Under the pieces are notes generated by a model. That model ran no database searches. It was not told the DNA's origin and was given only the letters and a program-made list of their open reading frames with translations. From Macrostomum hystrix (taxonomy: Eukaryota; Animalia; Platyhelminthes), in assembly GCA_950097015.1 (NCBI GenBank), contig CATNEN010000003.1, positions 1,798,001-1,862,000 on the forward strand: a DNA stretch of 64,000 nt. The letters run 5' to 3'. This document shows positions 8,586-19,354 of the stretch, piece after piece (position 1 is the first letter of the stretch; each line of letters opens with the position of its first letter). The position numbers and the translations under genes are program-made.

Positions 8586-9054
8586 CTTGAATTATAAATA
8601 AATAAATGTCTGTGAAAGCCTGAGCAGTGGATCCGCTTTGAATTCAATGTAATATTTGGAAGAATAGAAGCCAAATTAAAATTTCGCAGACTTCTTTTTT
8701 TAATGCAAGCAAAGAGTACGGTAAGTTCATGCATACATTCCACTAACACACAGAAAATACGAGCTTACTCCATCCATCGCTCGTCGCATAAAAGACAACA
8801 AAAATAGAAAAATATGAAAAATAGAAAAATCAATTCCCACCACCTCATCAATTGACTTTGAAAAATTTTAATTGCAGCGGAATTCTTTCATAAATATAAA
8901 AATACAAAATACAAGAAGACCAAATACAAGACGACAACTCACACAATGTCTTCAGATAGCATAATAAGCACAAATACAAAGGATGATTTCATTTAAAAGC
9001 ACTCAAACTGAATCCTGTCCAACTAGCACGCAGAATATTCACTGGTGAATTGCT

Positions 9055-12000
9055 TTACGCCTTCGGCTGCTTTGCATCTCGTCCCGACAAGCTAGGTGGT
9101 AGCAGGACTCGCTTCCTGGTCGTAGTAGCATTTAGATGATTCCAGAGGTTGACATGGCCGAACGGAAGGCTGACATTCGACGAAGTCCACGCTCTCTTGT
9201 CCTCCCACATTGTCAACGCCTTCTTCACCTGCTCGATCGTGTACACTTCATGCCTGACGCTGCTGATTCGTCGGACAGTCACATTGAGCTGAGTGAGGCA
9301 GTGATAGGCAGCAGCAAAGTCTTCATGCGTGATGGCACGCTTCACGACGGCCTTCTGTACGCCCTTGGCCGTCTTCTTGTCTGGTAAAGTCGACTCCTGC
9401 GCACTCTTGAACGAGTACAGTTTAGGCTTCAGAAGAATCCACTCTTTGTAGATGGAACCAGCAGATTCATCTTTGATGCAGCCCAGTCGAGCCTTCAAGC
9501 CGTCAGATCGAAGCGGATGCTGAATCGGGTAGTTAGACGTGTCCAACAGACCTCTGTCAATCATAGTGGGCAGCATGTGCTTCTGGACATCGATGTTTTT
9601 CACGCACAGAAATAGAGAATCTGTGTCACCACCGCAAAGTTGAATCTTGGCAGCACTGGAAGTCAACTCAAACCACGGCTTCAGTTTTTCGTAGAAGAGA
9701 GCGTACATGATGAGCTTTGACAAATCGAGTACGCATTGTCCGATGTACACAGGCCGATCGAGGCGCACAGAAGTCTTGTTAAGTTGGAAGACGGACAGAT
9801 TCTCCTTGATGATGCTGAACTCTTTCAGATTCGGCTTTGAGGCGAGCACTTGGGCCTGATGGTCACCGTTGCAAATTCTGACATCCCTTCGCTTCCGAAC
9901 ATTCTCCATTGTCTTTCCGAATAGGCTGTTGTTTTTGCTCTTGTAGTAGTTCTTTTCAAACTCAGTGCTTGCCCTTGAGCGCTTCTCGCTATTGCTGTCT
10001 ATGTAGCTCTTGAAAACCTGCTCCTGTCGAAAGCTAATTGCCTTTCGAAATGCAAGGACTCGCATCCCTTGCTGTAGGTAGAACTTGAGCACTCTACTGT
10101 GCACAACATAAGCTTCTTTGTCTAGACATGTGAGCAGCAGCTTTTGTGCACCATTATACTTCTTGTTCGGATTCAGCTGGAGCCAGAGTTGCTGCATGTA
10201 AGCAGGGAAATCCTCGAAAGCAACGGTTCCCTTCTCAGGTGCTAGCGGCAGCTCTTCAGTCCGCTGGTGAATAGAGTCCGGATAGTGCAAGTCTACTTCG
10301 ATCAGATAAGCATGAGAAGCGTCATCTTGTAGGTTGAGGATGGTGCTCTCGTTCCACTGTTGTAGCTCATCGGACTCAATCCACTTGAAATCACTCACTG
10401 GCAGCGGCATGGACAGTGCTTGACCATAGAGATTATTGACATCCAAAGGCAGCAGATACCTCGTCTCTTCATCATCAGCACTGCTGCTTGAGCACACCTG
10501 ATGCACGTTCGTAAAGGTCATTCCTCCGCGGATTCCAGCTTCAAACATCCGGTACATGTCTCCATCAACAAGAAGCTCCAAGCGGCGCCTTGCGCACTTC
10601 AGCGCTGATTCAAACGACAGTCCTGGAGCAGTGATGAAGTGAACGGGATCCAGGCCATCGTCAGCAAGGCTCAGTCTCCTGAATGACTCAAAGGCGTCGG
10701 CCAATTGACGAATGTCCAGTTCGAGGTAGGACATCATGTACTCGCCAAGGTCTTTGACCTGTAGCTCGCGCCACGCTTGTTTTGCGTGCTCATAATCTGC
10801 GTCTGAGCAGAACGATTGTGTGAGCACATTGAAGAAGCTCTCTTGTGATGGTAGCTCCGTCACATGCAAATCCGAGGGCCGCTTGACAAAGTCATAGGGA
10901 AAAACCCCTTTACTGAGAAGAATGTTGTTAGATAGCAACGGCCGATGCAGCTTCATCTCGAGTGTAAGCGGACAGCTGTCAGCATTCAAAGTGCACATCA
11001 CAGTCTCCAGACTGCAGCCTAGAAAGTTTAGAGAATCCAGAAACTGAATGGTGAAATTCACGGGTCGCTTTTTACCAGATGGTAGTGTGAATTCGCCCAC
11101 TTGAAACTCAACTTTCAGGCACATGTAGCGCTCGCTCGTCTGTGGAATCACGCTCATCTTCCAGTGCTCCATCTTGCACAGTGCCGTTGAAAAAATCAAG
11201 TGTAGATCATAGCAGCTGAGATTGTGGAAGTACACAGGCAAAAAGCGTCGATTCAGCTGAGCCTTCATATTGCATTCCGCGCAAGCAGCACCTCGGAAAA
11301 GCCCAGTGAGATGATCGTGATCCCAATGCTTATCAGGCCCACTTTTGAAGAGATGAGAGCAGTAGCAGCAAACCTGTGCGCCTTCAAACTTTCTTGTTGC
11401 TTCATCATTCACAATCTTCTTCTGATAGCTGTGCTCCCGGTTCCAAAAGTAGACTTCCCGTGCGAGCACCTCAAGCGAACGCAGAAATCGCTCAACGCAT
11501 AAATCCGGATCGTCTTCTCGGAAAAGTTGCAGACTCTGGCTTCCTTGCTTGAGTCTTGGACCCACACTGTCTCCCTTTTGAACTAGGAGGTAGCCAATTG
11601 CGGCCGGAACGTGCTGTGACAGCTTTCGAAGACGACCAGCTTCTTCAGGTTCGTCATTGACACTGGAATTGAAAGACTCAATGTCTGCATAGACTACAAA
11701 TGGTGGTGAAATTGTCTTCTGCCAGCTACCAAAAGCAAGGATGTTGTTTGTCTCTGTCGGCAAAATCTCCTTGACAACGCAATCATCTGACTGATAGCAG
11801 CCCCTGCGATGTTCTTGCAGTCTCTCCTCTGACCTGAAGGCGGACAAGCAGCGCTCGCACCATTTGCGCTGATGAAGGCCGTCTTTGCTGTTGAGTAGGC
11901 GATTCAGACTCACAACAGCGCACCAGTGAGCACTGCCTGACTTCTCATCAACAAGGTACAGCAGAGGCAGCAAGCGCCTTCCGGCTGCGGTTATCGCCTT

Positions 12001-12717
12001 AGGCTGACGCAGAACCTCCACCTTACCAGCACGCCAAGTTAGTACTGCGAAGCAGATGCCTGGATTCAGCATCTCCAACTTGTCCAGTGCATTTAGGCTC
12101 ACGGGAAATGCTACGCCTTCTACGTTGAGCTCATGCAGCCACGGCCGGTATGTTGCAAGCGCCTGCGGAGATTTGCGCAAGGTCTCCTCACCGTGGTGCA
12201 GCAGCGCTAGGCAGGCATACAGGAAGCAGTTGTTGCCATCACTCGGCGGGTTAATTACAGCGTGCTTTTGCTTCAGTCCGCTTGGGAGCACAAAGTTGCT
12301 GCTTCTACCGATATAATAGCGCACACGATCTCCACGAGAGATGCAAATGTCAAAATAATTAATCCTGTCTATTATCCAACCACTACCATTGGTGTTCATG
12401 AATTCACAGGTTCTTTCACATGCAGCCAGCTGAGCATTCCACCATTCTTCGAAACTCCATATCTCCTCCAGGCAACTGCTGATCCACTTGTCTTCTTCAG
12501 CCACAAATTCGCAAGCCTGCCTTCTCTTCATATGGATGTTCAGACGCAGCTGCGCGCGCAAGATGACATTGGCCTGCTGCCGCTTGGTGATTGCGTCTTC
12601 TATCACGCTCCTGCACTGCCGCACCATGTCGAAGATATTCAGCTGCTGCTCCATGCGACTCGCGCTGACCCGGTGAACCTCTAGAACACCTTCATGAGCA
12701 GTGGCGTGTAGACTCAT
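9055..12717 (-). CDS. Protein-primed family B DNA polymerase (main exon) with N-terminal terminal-protein/vOTU-like region, Zn finger and inserted endonuclease VII/HNH-like domain
   Basis: Exo motifs YADIE, FHNLSCYD, YLELD; pol motifs DVNNLYG, KNNSLFGK, GDTDS; DGNNCF...HW; CxxC...DHDHLTG.FRG.AC..CN. Confidence 0.96.
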   Translation of the reverse strand: MSLHATAHEGVLEVHRVSASRMEQQLNIFDMVRQCRSVIEDAITKRQQANVILRAQLRLNIHMKRRQACEFVAEEDKWISSCLEEIWSFEEWWNAQLAACERTCEFMNTNGSGWIIDRINYFDICISRGDRVRYYIGRSSNFVLPSGLKQKHAVINPPSDGNNCFLYACLALLHHGEETLRKSPQALATYRPWLHELNVEGVAFPVSLNALDKLEMLNPGICFAVLTWRAGKVEVLRQPKAITAAGRRLLPLLYLVDEKSGSAHWCAVVSLNRLLNSKDGLHQRKWCERCLSAFRSEERLQEHRRGCYQSDDCVVKEILPTETNNILAFGSWQKTISPPFVVYADIESFNSSVNDEPEEAGRLRKLSQHVPAAIGYLLVQKGDSVGPRLKQGSQSLQLFREDDPDLCVERFLRSLEVLAREVYFWNREHSYQKKIVNDEATRKFEGAQVCCYCSHLFKSGPDKHWDHDHLTGLFRGAACAECNMKAQLNRRFLPVYFHNLSCYDLHLIFSTALCKMEHWKMSVIPQTSERYMCLKVEFQVGEFTLPSGKKRPVNFTIQFLDSLNFLGCSLETVMCTLNADSCPLTLEMKLHRPLLSNNILLSKGVFPYDFVKRPSDLHVTELPSQESFFNVLTQSFCSDADYEHAKQAWRELQVKDLGEYMMSYLELDIRQLADAFESFRRLSLADDGLDPVHFITAPGLSFESALKCARRRLELLVDGDMYRMFEAGIRGGMTFTNVHQVCSSSSADDEETRYLLPLDVNNLYGQALSMPLPVSDFKWIESDELQQWNESTILNLQDDASHAYLIEVDLHYPDSIHQRTEELPLAPEKGTVAFEDFPAYMQQLWLQLNPNKKYNGAQKLLLTCLDKEAYVVHSRVLKFYLQQGMRVLAFRKAISFRQEQVFKSYIDSNSEKRSRASTEFEKNYYKSKNNSLFGKTMENVRKRRDVRICNGDHQAQVLASKPNLKEFSIIKENLSVFQLNKTSVRLDRPVYIGQCVLDLSKLIMYALFYEKLKPWFELTSSAAKIQLCGGDTDSLFLCVKNIDVQKHMLPTMIDRGLLDTSNYPIQHPLRSDGLKARLGCIKDESAGSIYKEWILLKPKLYSFKSAQESTLPDKKTAKGVQKAVVKRAITHEDFAAAYHCLTQLNVTVRRISSVRHEVYTIEQVKKALTMWEDKRAWTSSNVSLPFGHVNLWNHLNATTTRKRVLLPPSLSGRDAKQPKA

Positions 12718-12954
12718 GAGCTCACCTGAGGGGAAAAATGGATGTTTAGTATCTAAAAATTAAATATCTAAATCAAAGCACACTGCATGCCAGGGCTACT
12801 CCAATAAGGCAGTAATAAATATTTGTGCATTCCTAAATGATGCACTCAAATTAGTATTTAAAATTAAATGGCATCACATCTGCATATTCGCATGAATGAC
12901 AAGCAGCTATAATAATCATGCTCAATTTCTAAAAACATCATTGAAAACTGTTTT

Positions 12955-13200
12955 AATTAATTGATCGATTAATTGATTGATTGGTTGATTTATTGGTTGA
13001 TTTAATGATAGATGATTGATAAATTGATTGATGATTGATTGACTGATAAATTTATAAATTGATAAATTGATAAATTGATAAATTGATAAATTGACTGATT
13101 GATTGATGATGGATTAGTTGATCGATCGATTGTTTGACTGATTGACTGATTGATTGGTTGATTGGTTGGTTGATTGATTGATTGAGTGATTAATTGATTG
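12955..13200. repeat. Degenerate (ATTG)n microsatellite in the putative polB intron
   Basis: Visible attg/gatt runs between acceptor 12726 and donor 13242. Confidence 0.85.
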
Positions 13201-13242
13201 AGAACTTCTGAAAGAATATCTGAAATCGCTTCGTTAACTCAC

Positions 13243-13609
13243 CTGCAAGTTGTGCATCACCGCCACTATGATTGTTGTCGCTGTTCACAGAACGCCCATT
13301 ATTGCTCGATTGTATAGCACCTTCTTGCCAGGAGCTGTCGACTTCCTGCCAGGAGTGCTCTTCTTGCAGCCAGGAGTGCTCTTCTTGCAGCCAGGAGTGC
13401 TCTTCTTGCAGCCAGGAGTGCTCTTCTTGCAGCCAGGAGTGCTCTTCTTGCAGCCAGGAGTGCTCTTCTTGCAGCCAGGAGTGCTCTTCTTGCAGCCAGG
13501 AGTGCTCTTCTTGCAGCCAGGAGTGCTCTTCTTGCAGCCAGGAGTGCTCATCATCATCATCACCAGATGAGTGCTCTGTCTCGAGGTGAGAGCTATGATT
13601 ATTTCTAGA
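13243..13609 (-). CDS. Putative upstream exon of the polB transcript containing a 21-bp tandem repeat
   Basis: TTTTTCCAG acceptor at 13612-13610, CAG|GTGAGT donor at 13243/13242, TTTTTCCCCTCAG acceptor at 12726; the phase-1 join is in frame with polB. Confidence 0.55.
13349..13549. repeat. 21-bp tandem repeat CCAGGAGTGCTCTTCTTGCAG, 9 full copies plus a partial
   Basis: Directly visible perfect repeats. Confidence 0.95.
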
Positions 13610-14408
13610 CTGGAAAAATAGCAGCATAAACTGAGACGTAAGAATTCAAATGTGCGTAGCATGAGATATCGTGGTGATAATGAAAGGCACTCCAAAATAT
13701 ATCTCAAGTGATGAGTTCGAGCTCTATTTAAGAGTTTGAGTACAGCATCAGTTTCTCATAAGAAATCTATATCTGTCTAAATGTTTGCCGATTTTTTCGA
13801 GCCCAGGAAGTTTGAGGCAAAGTTTGAGTCCACCAGATTTACCTGCCTGCTAAGTAGTAATTTTCTGTTTAAAGACTTAGAACGAACTTAAATAAACGCC
13901 CAAATCCAGACATCAGATCCATCTATACAATTTCCAATGGACTGCTTAGATTTTTGCACATGAAAGGAAAAATAATAATCATTCCATCTTATATTCTGAC
14001 ACTGAACCATCACCGCTTCGTAAATATATTTATTTCAGTAGTATAGCAAATTAGCTAAGTAAAAAATAAGAAACAACCTCGGAAAAACTTTAACAATCGC
14101 GCAAATTATCGAGTACGGAATAAAAATACACAACACGCTTGATTAAGGTTGAAGAAATTGCATAAATGAGAATAGAAAATCAACATTGGCAGGCATGGGT
14201 AAATTGCTAATGTTCTGTCCTTAAAGGCTTCCAAACGACTGATACTAGAGTAGGAAAAATGGAAGCTACTATTTCCATTGAATATTCTGTTGTGCTGATA
14301 AAAGATTGCTAGGATTAAGCAAAAAATAAAGACCAAAAAGAAAGCCTTAAATTCCAGCAAGCATAGGCCCGAAGTTCAAATGAAGCATGCTCTCAGCATC
14401 CGAATACA

Positions 14409-15473
14409 TCATAGTGGAATAATTATGATGCGATTGCCCTCCAAAGTAACTGTGTATCCGTTGCCACTAGCGCTTGGCAGTTGAAAAACAACTCCAGTGG
14501 TAGGGAGCGTCAGAAGTGCGGCCTGCTCTGCATCATTTGCACCTTGAATAGCCGTTGCAGGCTCACCTGAATAAGCACAAACAGCAGCGTCAGCAGATGT
14601 AGCTCCTGCAGAAGCAGCTCCAGCAGAGGCAGCGCCAGCAGAGGCAGCTTCAGAAGAACCGGCGGCACCAGAAGCAGCTCTAGCAGAGGCAGCGCCACCA
14701 GAGGCAGCGCCACCAGAAGCAGCCAAAGTGGCTTCCCCAGGCTCCATCTCATCGCCGCCTTCCTCCAGCATCTCCTCGCTGTCCTCTTCCACAATCGCCT
14801 GCCACAGATGTAGCTGCTTACAGGCAATCTCCTTGCTGGCTTCCCGGGGCTGGGCCTGTTGATCTGGCTCCATTATCCCAGCTTCTGCGAGAACACGCTC
14901 GAGAACTCCAAAGCTGACATCCAGACATGGATTATCTACACAGGGTTCCACTGAAGCAGCCGAGATGCATGCTGGAGCAACCGAGCTCGAGGTGCTGATG
15001 GCAGTTGCAGTTGCCACCTCCAATGGTGAAGAAAAGGCAGCCGCTGCAGCTGCTGGAGGCTCGCTGTCCGCCCTCCTCCTCTCAAGTGTGCAGTCAATAA
15101 CTTGGCTGAGGTGTGCCGAGAGGAGACTACTCGACTTCGGCTGCTGCTGCTTCTGTTGCTGACTTTTCTTCTTCACCTCAAGCTGCTCTCTTTGCAACTG
15201 CCTTTTAGCAGCCCGAATAATCCTCCACCTGTTGGCCTCCTGCTTCTTTTTATCGGAGCTCACGATGGTGTGGCCGCGGTGGTAGCTTGGAACTCTGCCG
15301 CTTGCAATTCTCTCCACGTTGCTGCACTCGTCGCATGCTAGCCAGCAGGAAACGCGGCACAGAGGATTCTCATGGTGTCGAGGTGGAATGCCTCCGAGCT
15401 GGCAGACTTCGCAAGTCAAACAAATTTCAAAAAGCTCATTGTCGCAGCTTGAAAATATCTTTTTTGTTGTCAT
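14409..15473 (-). CDS. Polinton accessory protein: N-terminal Cys/His cluster with LxCxE, basic coiled segment, Ala-rich and acidic tracts
   Basis: 354-aa ATG-initiated ORF; first gene inward from the right TIR; no recognised family. Confidence 0.65.
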   Translation of the reverse strand: MTTKKIFSSCDNELFEICLTCEVCQLGGIPPRHHENPLCRVSCWLACDECSNVERIASGRVPSYHRGHTIVSSDKKKQEANRWRIIRAAKRQLQREQLEVKKKSQQQKQQQPKSSSLLSAHLSQVIDCTLERRRADSEPPAAAAAAFSSPLEVATATAISTSSSVAPACISAASVEPCVDNPCLDVSFGVLERVLAEAGIMEPDQQAQPREASKEIACKQLHLWQAIVEEDSEEMLEEGGDEMEPGEATLAASGGAASGGAASARAASGAAGSSEAASAGAASAGAASAGATSADAAVCAYSGEPATAIQGANDAEQAALLTLPTTGVVFQLPSASGNGYTVTLEGNRIIIIPL

Positions 15474-16454
15474 GATAGCGAGTTAAAATGAAAATGCGGA
15501 ACTATTCTTAGTTGTCTTAAGCAAGAAACGGATTGTGTGGATAGAATGTATGCAAAAATTTTTACTTCGCCTCCTTAATATACTCGTTTTAAACTCCCCG
15601 CGGCCGCCATTTATGGCTACTTATATGAATTTTTGTTGTGCAGCATACCTATTACGAGCCAACTTAACAACAACAACAGTGCCTGTGCACCAGTGCGCCA
15701 GCACAGCTATCAACCCCACAACAATCCAGAGCCCTACTCGATCTCGAACCCCAAATTATCAGACTGGCCTCAATAAAGCGATTGGGAGGGTCACCTTCCA
15801 ATTAACCAGGGCAGGCGGACCAATTGCAAACAGGTAAACAGGTAGGCACTAGGGAGGCCTACCTGTGATGGAGCTTAGACTAGATCTGTAGGTAAGTAGG
15901 ATTGGACACCAAACCCCACGATATAATAATGTCTTGCATCAAATTTTTGAGACACGATTGCTCAGATTATACGTAAGGTGACCATGTGAGCACGAAAGTC
16001 GAACAATCACTGACCTCAATTATCCGTCCCGAATATACCCACATTTTCAGTGGTTGTAATATAATATATCATTTACTACCATATTTTGTTTTCTCCATCC
16101 CTCAACACCATAATAGAAAAAAATATATCGTGCCGATGGTAGTAAACAAGTAAACCTAGCACCCAACTGGCCCGTTAGTTTCCAAAACAAGCCATAGATC
16201 AAAGCTTATCCGCCGCTCCAGCATAAGCATAAAGTTACTTGAGCTGTGTTTATAAACAACTTTTATCATTACACTTTAATGCGCTTATTTTAATTTTTTG
16301 TACAATATTTTAGTTGCTATCTACAGATTTTATTAGCTATCTTGTTTTTATAGATAACGTCCTTTTCAGTAGCTGTGCGGCGAACTCGACGCGGAGTGGG
16401 GTGCTCTCAAGTGGACAAAGAGATTGGCCAGCCTCTCCACCAATCTCTGCTGTG

Positions 16455-17127
16455 CTAGCTGTACCCAGTGCAAAGAGATGGGCTGCAAAGGCAGAGTTAT
16501 TAATTGTGGGGGGCTTTGCCCCCCACACCCCCATACAAAGGCTGAATGCTCATTGCCCTAGCCTTTAACACTCTTGTACTGAAGAATTACTCACTGCATT
16601 TTTTACGCAATTTCTTTCCCGAGCCTCCCAACTCTGCAGTGTTAGCCTTCCCTAGCGCAAACAGATAGGCGCAGCAATCTCAAACATTCCTTTACGCCTC
16701 CTATCTAGTTTTTATCACTCAATCACTTCCTTTCTATCCCTCCCCATAGATAATTTTTTCAATCTATGTTTTCTGCGTCCCTTATCTCCAACTCTAACCC
16801 AACACCTCCCGGCCTCTCCTATCCCAGCTGTGTTAACCCCTCCCCAATGCAAAGAGATAGGCCGGCCTCTCCTCCTATTCCAGCTGTGTTAACCCCTCCC
16901 CAATGCAAAGAGATAGGCCGGCCTCTCCTCCTATCCCAGCTGTGTTAACCCCTCCCCAATGCAAAGAGATAGCCGGCCTCTACTATCTACATGCATTACG
17001 ATGTCCTCCTATCTCCATAGTGTCGGCTGTGTCCTCTGCTCTGGGATAGGCAACCCCTCCCCCATTCAAATGCATTAGGCCGCCCTCCTATCTCCGCAGT
17101 GTCGGCAGGGTTCTGCTAACCCATACT
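16455..17127 (-). repeat. Right terminal inverted repeat (about 670 bp), with about 3 internal tandem units of roughly 57-59 bp at 16810-16980
   Basis: 16455-16635 matches the window start; the outer part is inferred from the junction with host exon sequence at 17127/17128. Confidence 0.8.
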
Positions 17128-17607
17128 TCTCTTTGGCCTCGGACAGACTAGCTCTGATCAGCTCACCAGTGTACTCAACGATAAAGTCTGACTTGGCAAA
17201 TGGACGCACAGCGAATAGGCCCAGGCCATGAATACCTGAGGGTAGCACCTGAACTCTGCACTGCCAATGCTCATTGCGAGCTGCCCGCAGCTGATTGCGC
17301 ATCATCTGACCGCTTGCCACCGCGGACTCCTCCGTCTGCTGCTGCTGCTGATCGACTACAACTGGCCGACGAGCCGAGCTCAGCAGGAAGCTGAAGGTCC
17401 GCTTCAGCTGCGAATTGCCAGCTGAGCCGGCGATGCTGCGCGAGGGCTGGAAGGCCTCCGACCGAGCGCAGCCGCTCGGGTTCTCCGCCGTCTGCTGCTT
17501 CCGCAGCTGCGCCCAGCGGTGGATCAGGTACTTGGGAGAGTAGCCGGGACAGAATCCCAGCTGCTCGGCGCACCAGACGATGCGGGGATGTGCGACGCCC
17601 ATAGACC

Positions 17608-17780
17608 TCCAGCCATTGCCTGCATGGGATTTGGGAAAATTTTGGGATAAGCGACTTACACGGAGCCCCAGCCATTGCCTGCATGGGATTTGGGATAATT
17701 TGGGGATTAGTGACTCTCACGGAGCTCCAGCCATTGCCTGCATGGGATTTGGGATAATTTAGGGATTAGCGACTCCCACA
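17608..17780. repeat. 59-bp tandem repeat (about 3 units) containing the splice acceptor of copy A
   Basis: Repeated CCAGCCATTGCCTGCATGGGATTTGGG. Confidence 0.85.
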
Positions 17781-19354
17781 GAGCCGCTACGTAATTTAAG
17801 ATTTTTGAGTGATTTTCAGGACTGCCACAGCTGACGAATTTACGAATTGCTGAGATCAATGGTCGATAATTCAGATATTCTGTATTTTTAACTACAAGCT
17901 CAGAGCCACACCTAAACAAAACACAAGCGATATAAAAGGTCATACCTGGATGCAAAATCAGGCATTTAGTTGGGGTCTGGTTAGCCCAGCACTCGACCAC
18001 CATCTGGCAGAGGCGGCGCATCACAGTGACGGGATGGGAGGCGCAGAGTCGAAGTGAGTCCTCACGCGAGCTGAGCACAAAACGGACTCGCCCAGCCTCG
18101 GCCTGCAGTCGCCATTCGTATTCGCACAGTTTGCCAGCCTCTCGGACACTCCAGAACTGCCTCCTGGCACGGTAGCCAACCGGAAGCAGCACGTTCTCAA
18201 GGGACCCGGACTCCGGCTTCACAGATCCCAGACGGCCAATCAGCAGCCCGCCGATCCTGACGGAGATCTCCTCTGGCTGTAGGGCCACCTCGCAGAGGCT
18301 CTGGTCGGCAGCACCCACCACCAGCCGTTGGCAAAGGAGGCGGCCAAAGTCTTCGGTTGCCAGGCTGTTGCCAGCGAATTCCTCGGCAGCGCAGTCAGGA
18401 CAGCGGGACTCGCACAGGTCGCTGAACTGCCAGCCGGAAGCCACAGCGCAGCCGAGATGACAGACCCGAGGACAAGCCAGGCTCAGGCAGTCGATGCTGG
18501 CGCCGGTTCTGCCGCAGTCCGAGCAGCGATTGCCGCGAGCCCTCCGGACGGCAGCCCGAACTCCCAGCGCGCAGTCGTTCTCGTCCACTCGAATCTCCGG
18601 CGAGAAAATCGCGCATCCGGCGTGAATCCAGGAGGTCCGGGCACAGGGCAGCAGGCGTCCCAGCACTCCGTCCTGACGCTGCTCTCCGCACAGCTCACAG
18701 GGTGCCGCACCTTCCACAGCCGATGCCTCCCTCAGCTTCCGCACCGACAGCTCCCTGCAGTCCCTGGCCATCGAGCAGCTCATGGAGTCCGCGTCCGCGT
18801 GCTCCGGGCTGTTCGGCGACTCGCCAAGAACCTCCGAGCGAATGTCCTCCAGGCGAAGCCACGAGAACAGGGCATCAACGCCTTTTTCTAGGGCCGCAGA
18901 CAGCAGCGCGCATTCCGCCAGATTTTTGTGGGTCTGCGAATTTTTTGCGAAAACTGACAGACGATAGTCTTGCAATTTATTATAGCCCAGTGCTTACTAC
19001 GGCTTTGTATATACTACAGACCGGCAAATATCTAGCTAAACATCATCGAAGATTCAGCATGCAGTTCGACAAAAAATATTCAGATTTTTAGTATTTTTGC
19101 GCTTACAGTTGAAATCTGTTTACTTTTGATACGATGTTTTAGACCTAAAGTGCCGAAGGTCTCGATGATTTTAATTAAAATAACTAGGACTTCAAGGTTA
19201 CTACCGCCCTTAGTTACTCTCTTTGGACGAAAACTTTCCTAGAAAGGTTGTAGATTAGCGGCTCTAGCTCTGGACTTCTGACATAAAGGTCAGAAGTTCG
19301 AATTTCAGGCAAAAAAAATAAATTTGTGCCTTTGAGCGAGACACAAGGAACCCT

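Larger units (their letters stand above)
1..17127. mobile_element. Polinton/Maverick (adintovirus-like) element, left end outside the window
   Basis: Terminal inverted repeats; integrase, two capsid proteins, cysteine protease, packaging ATPase and pPolB ORFs all uninterrupted; right end ...CCCATACT (AGT...ACT type terminus) abuts host SET-domain sequence. Confidence 0.96.

Noticed and set aside
13349-13549. Heptad repeat as an RNA Pol II CTD mimic
   Set aside because: Neither STPGCKK nor QEEHSWL matches YSPTSPS beyond unit length
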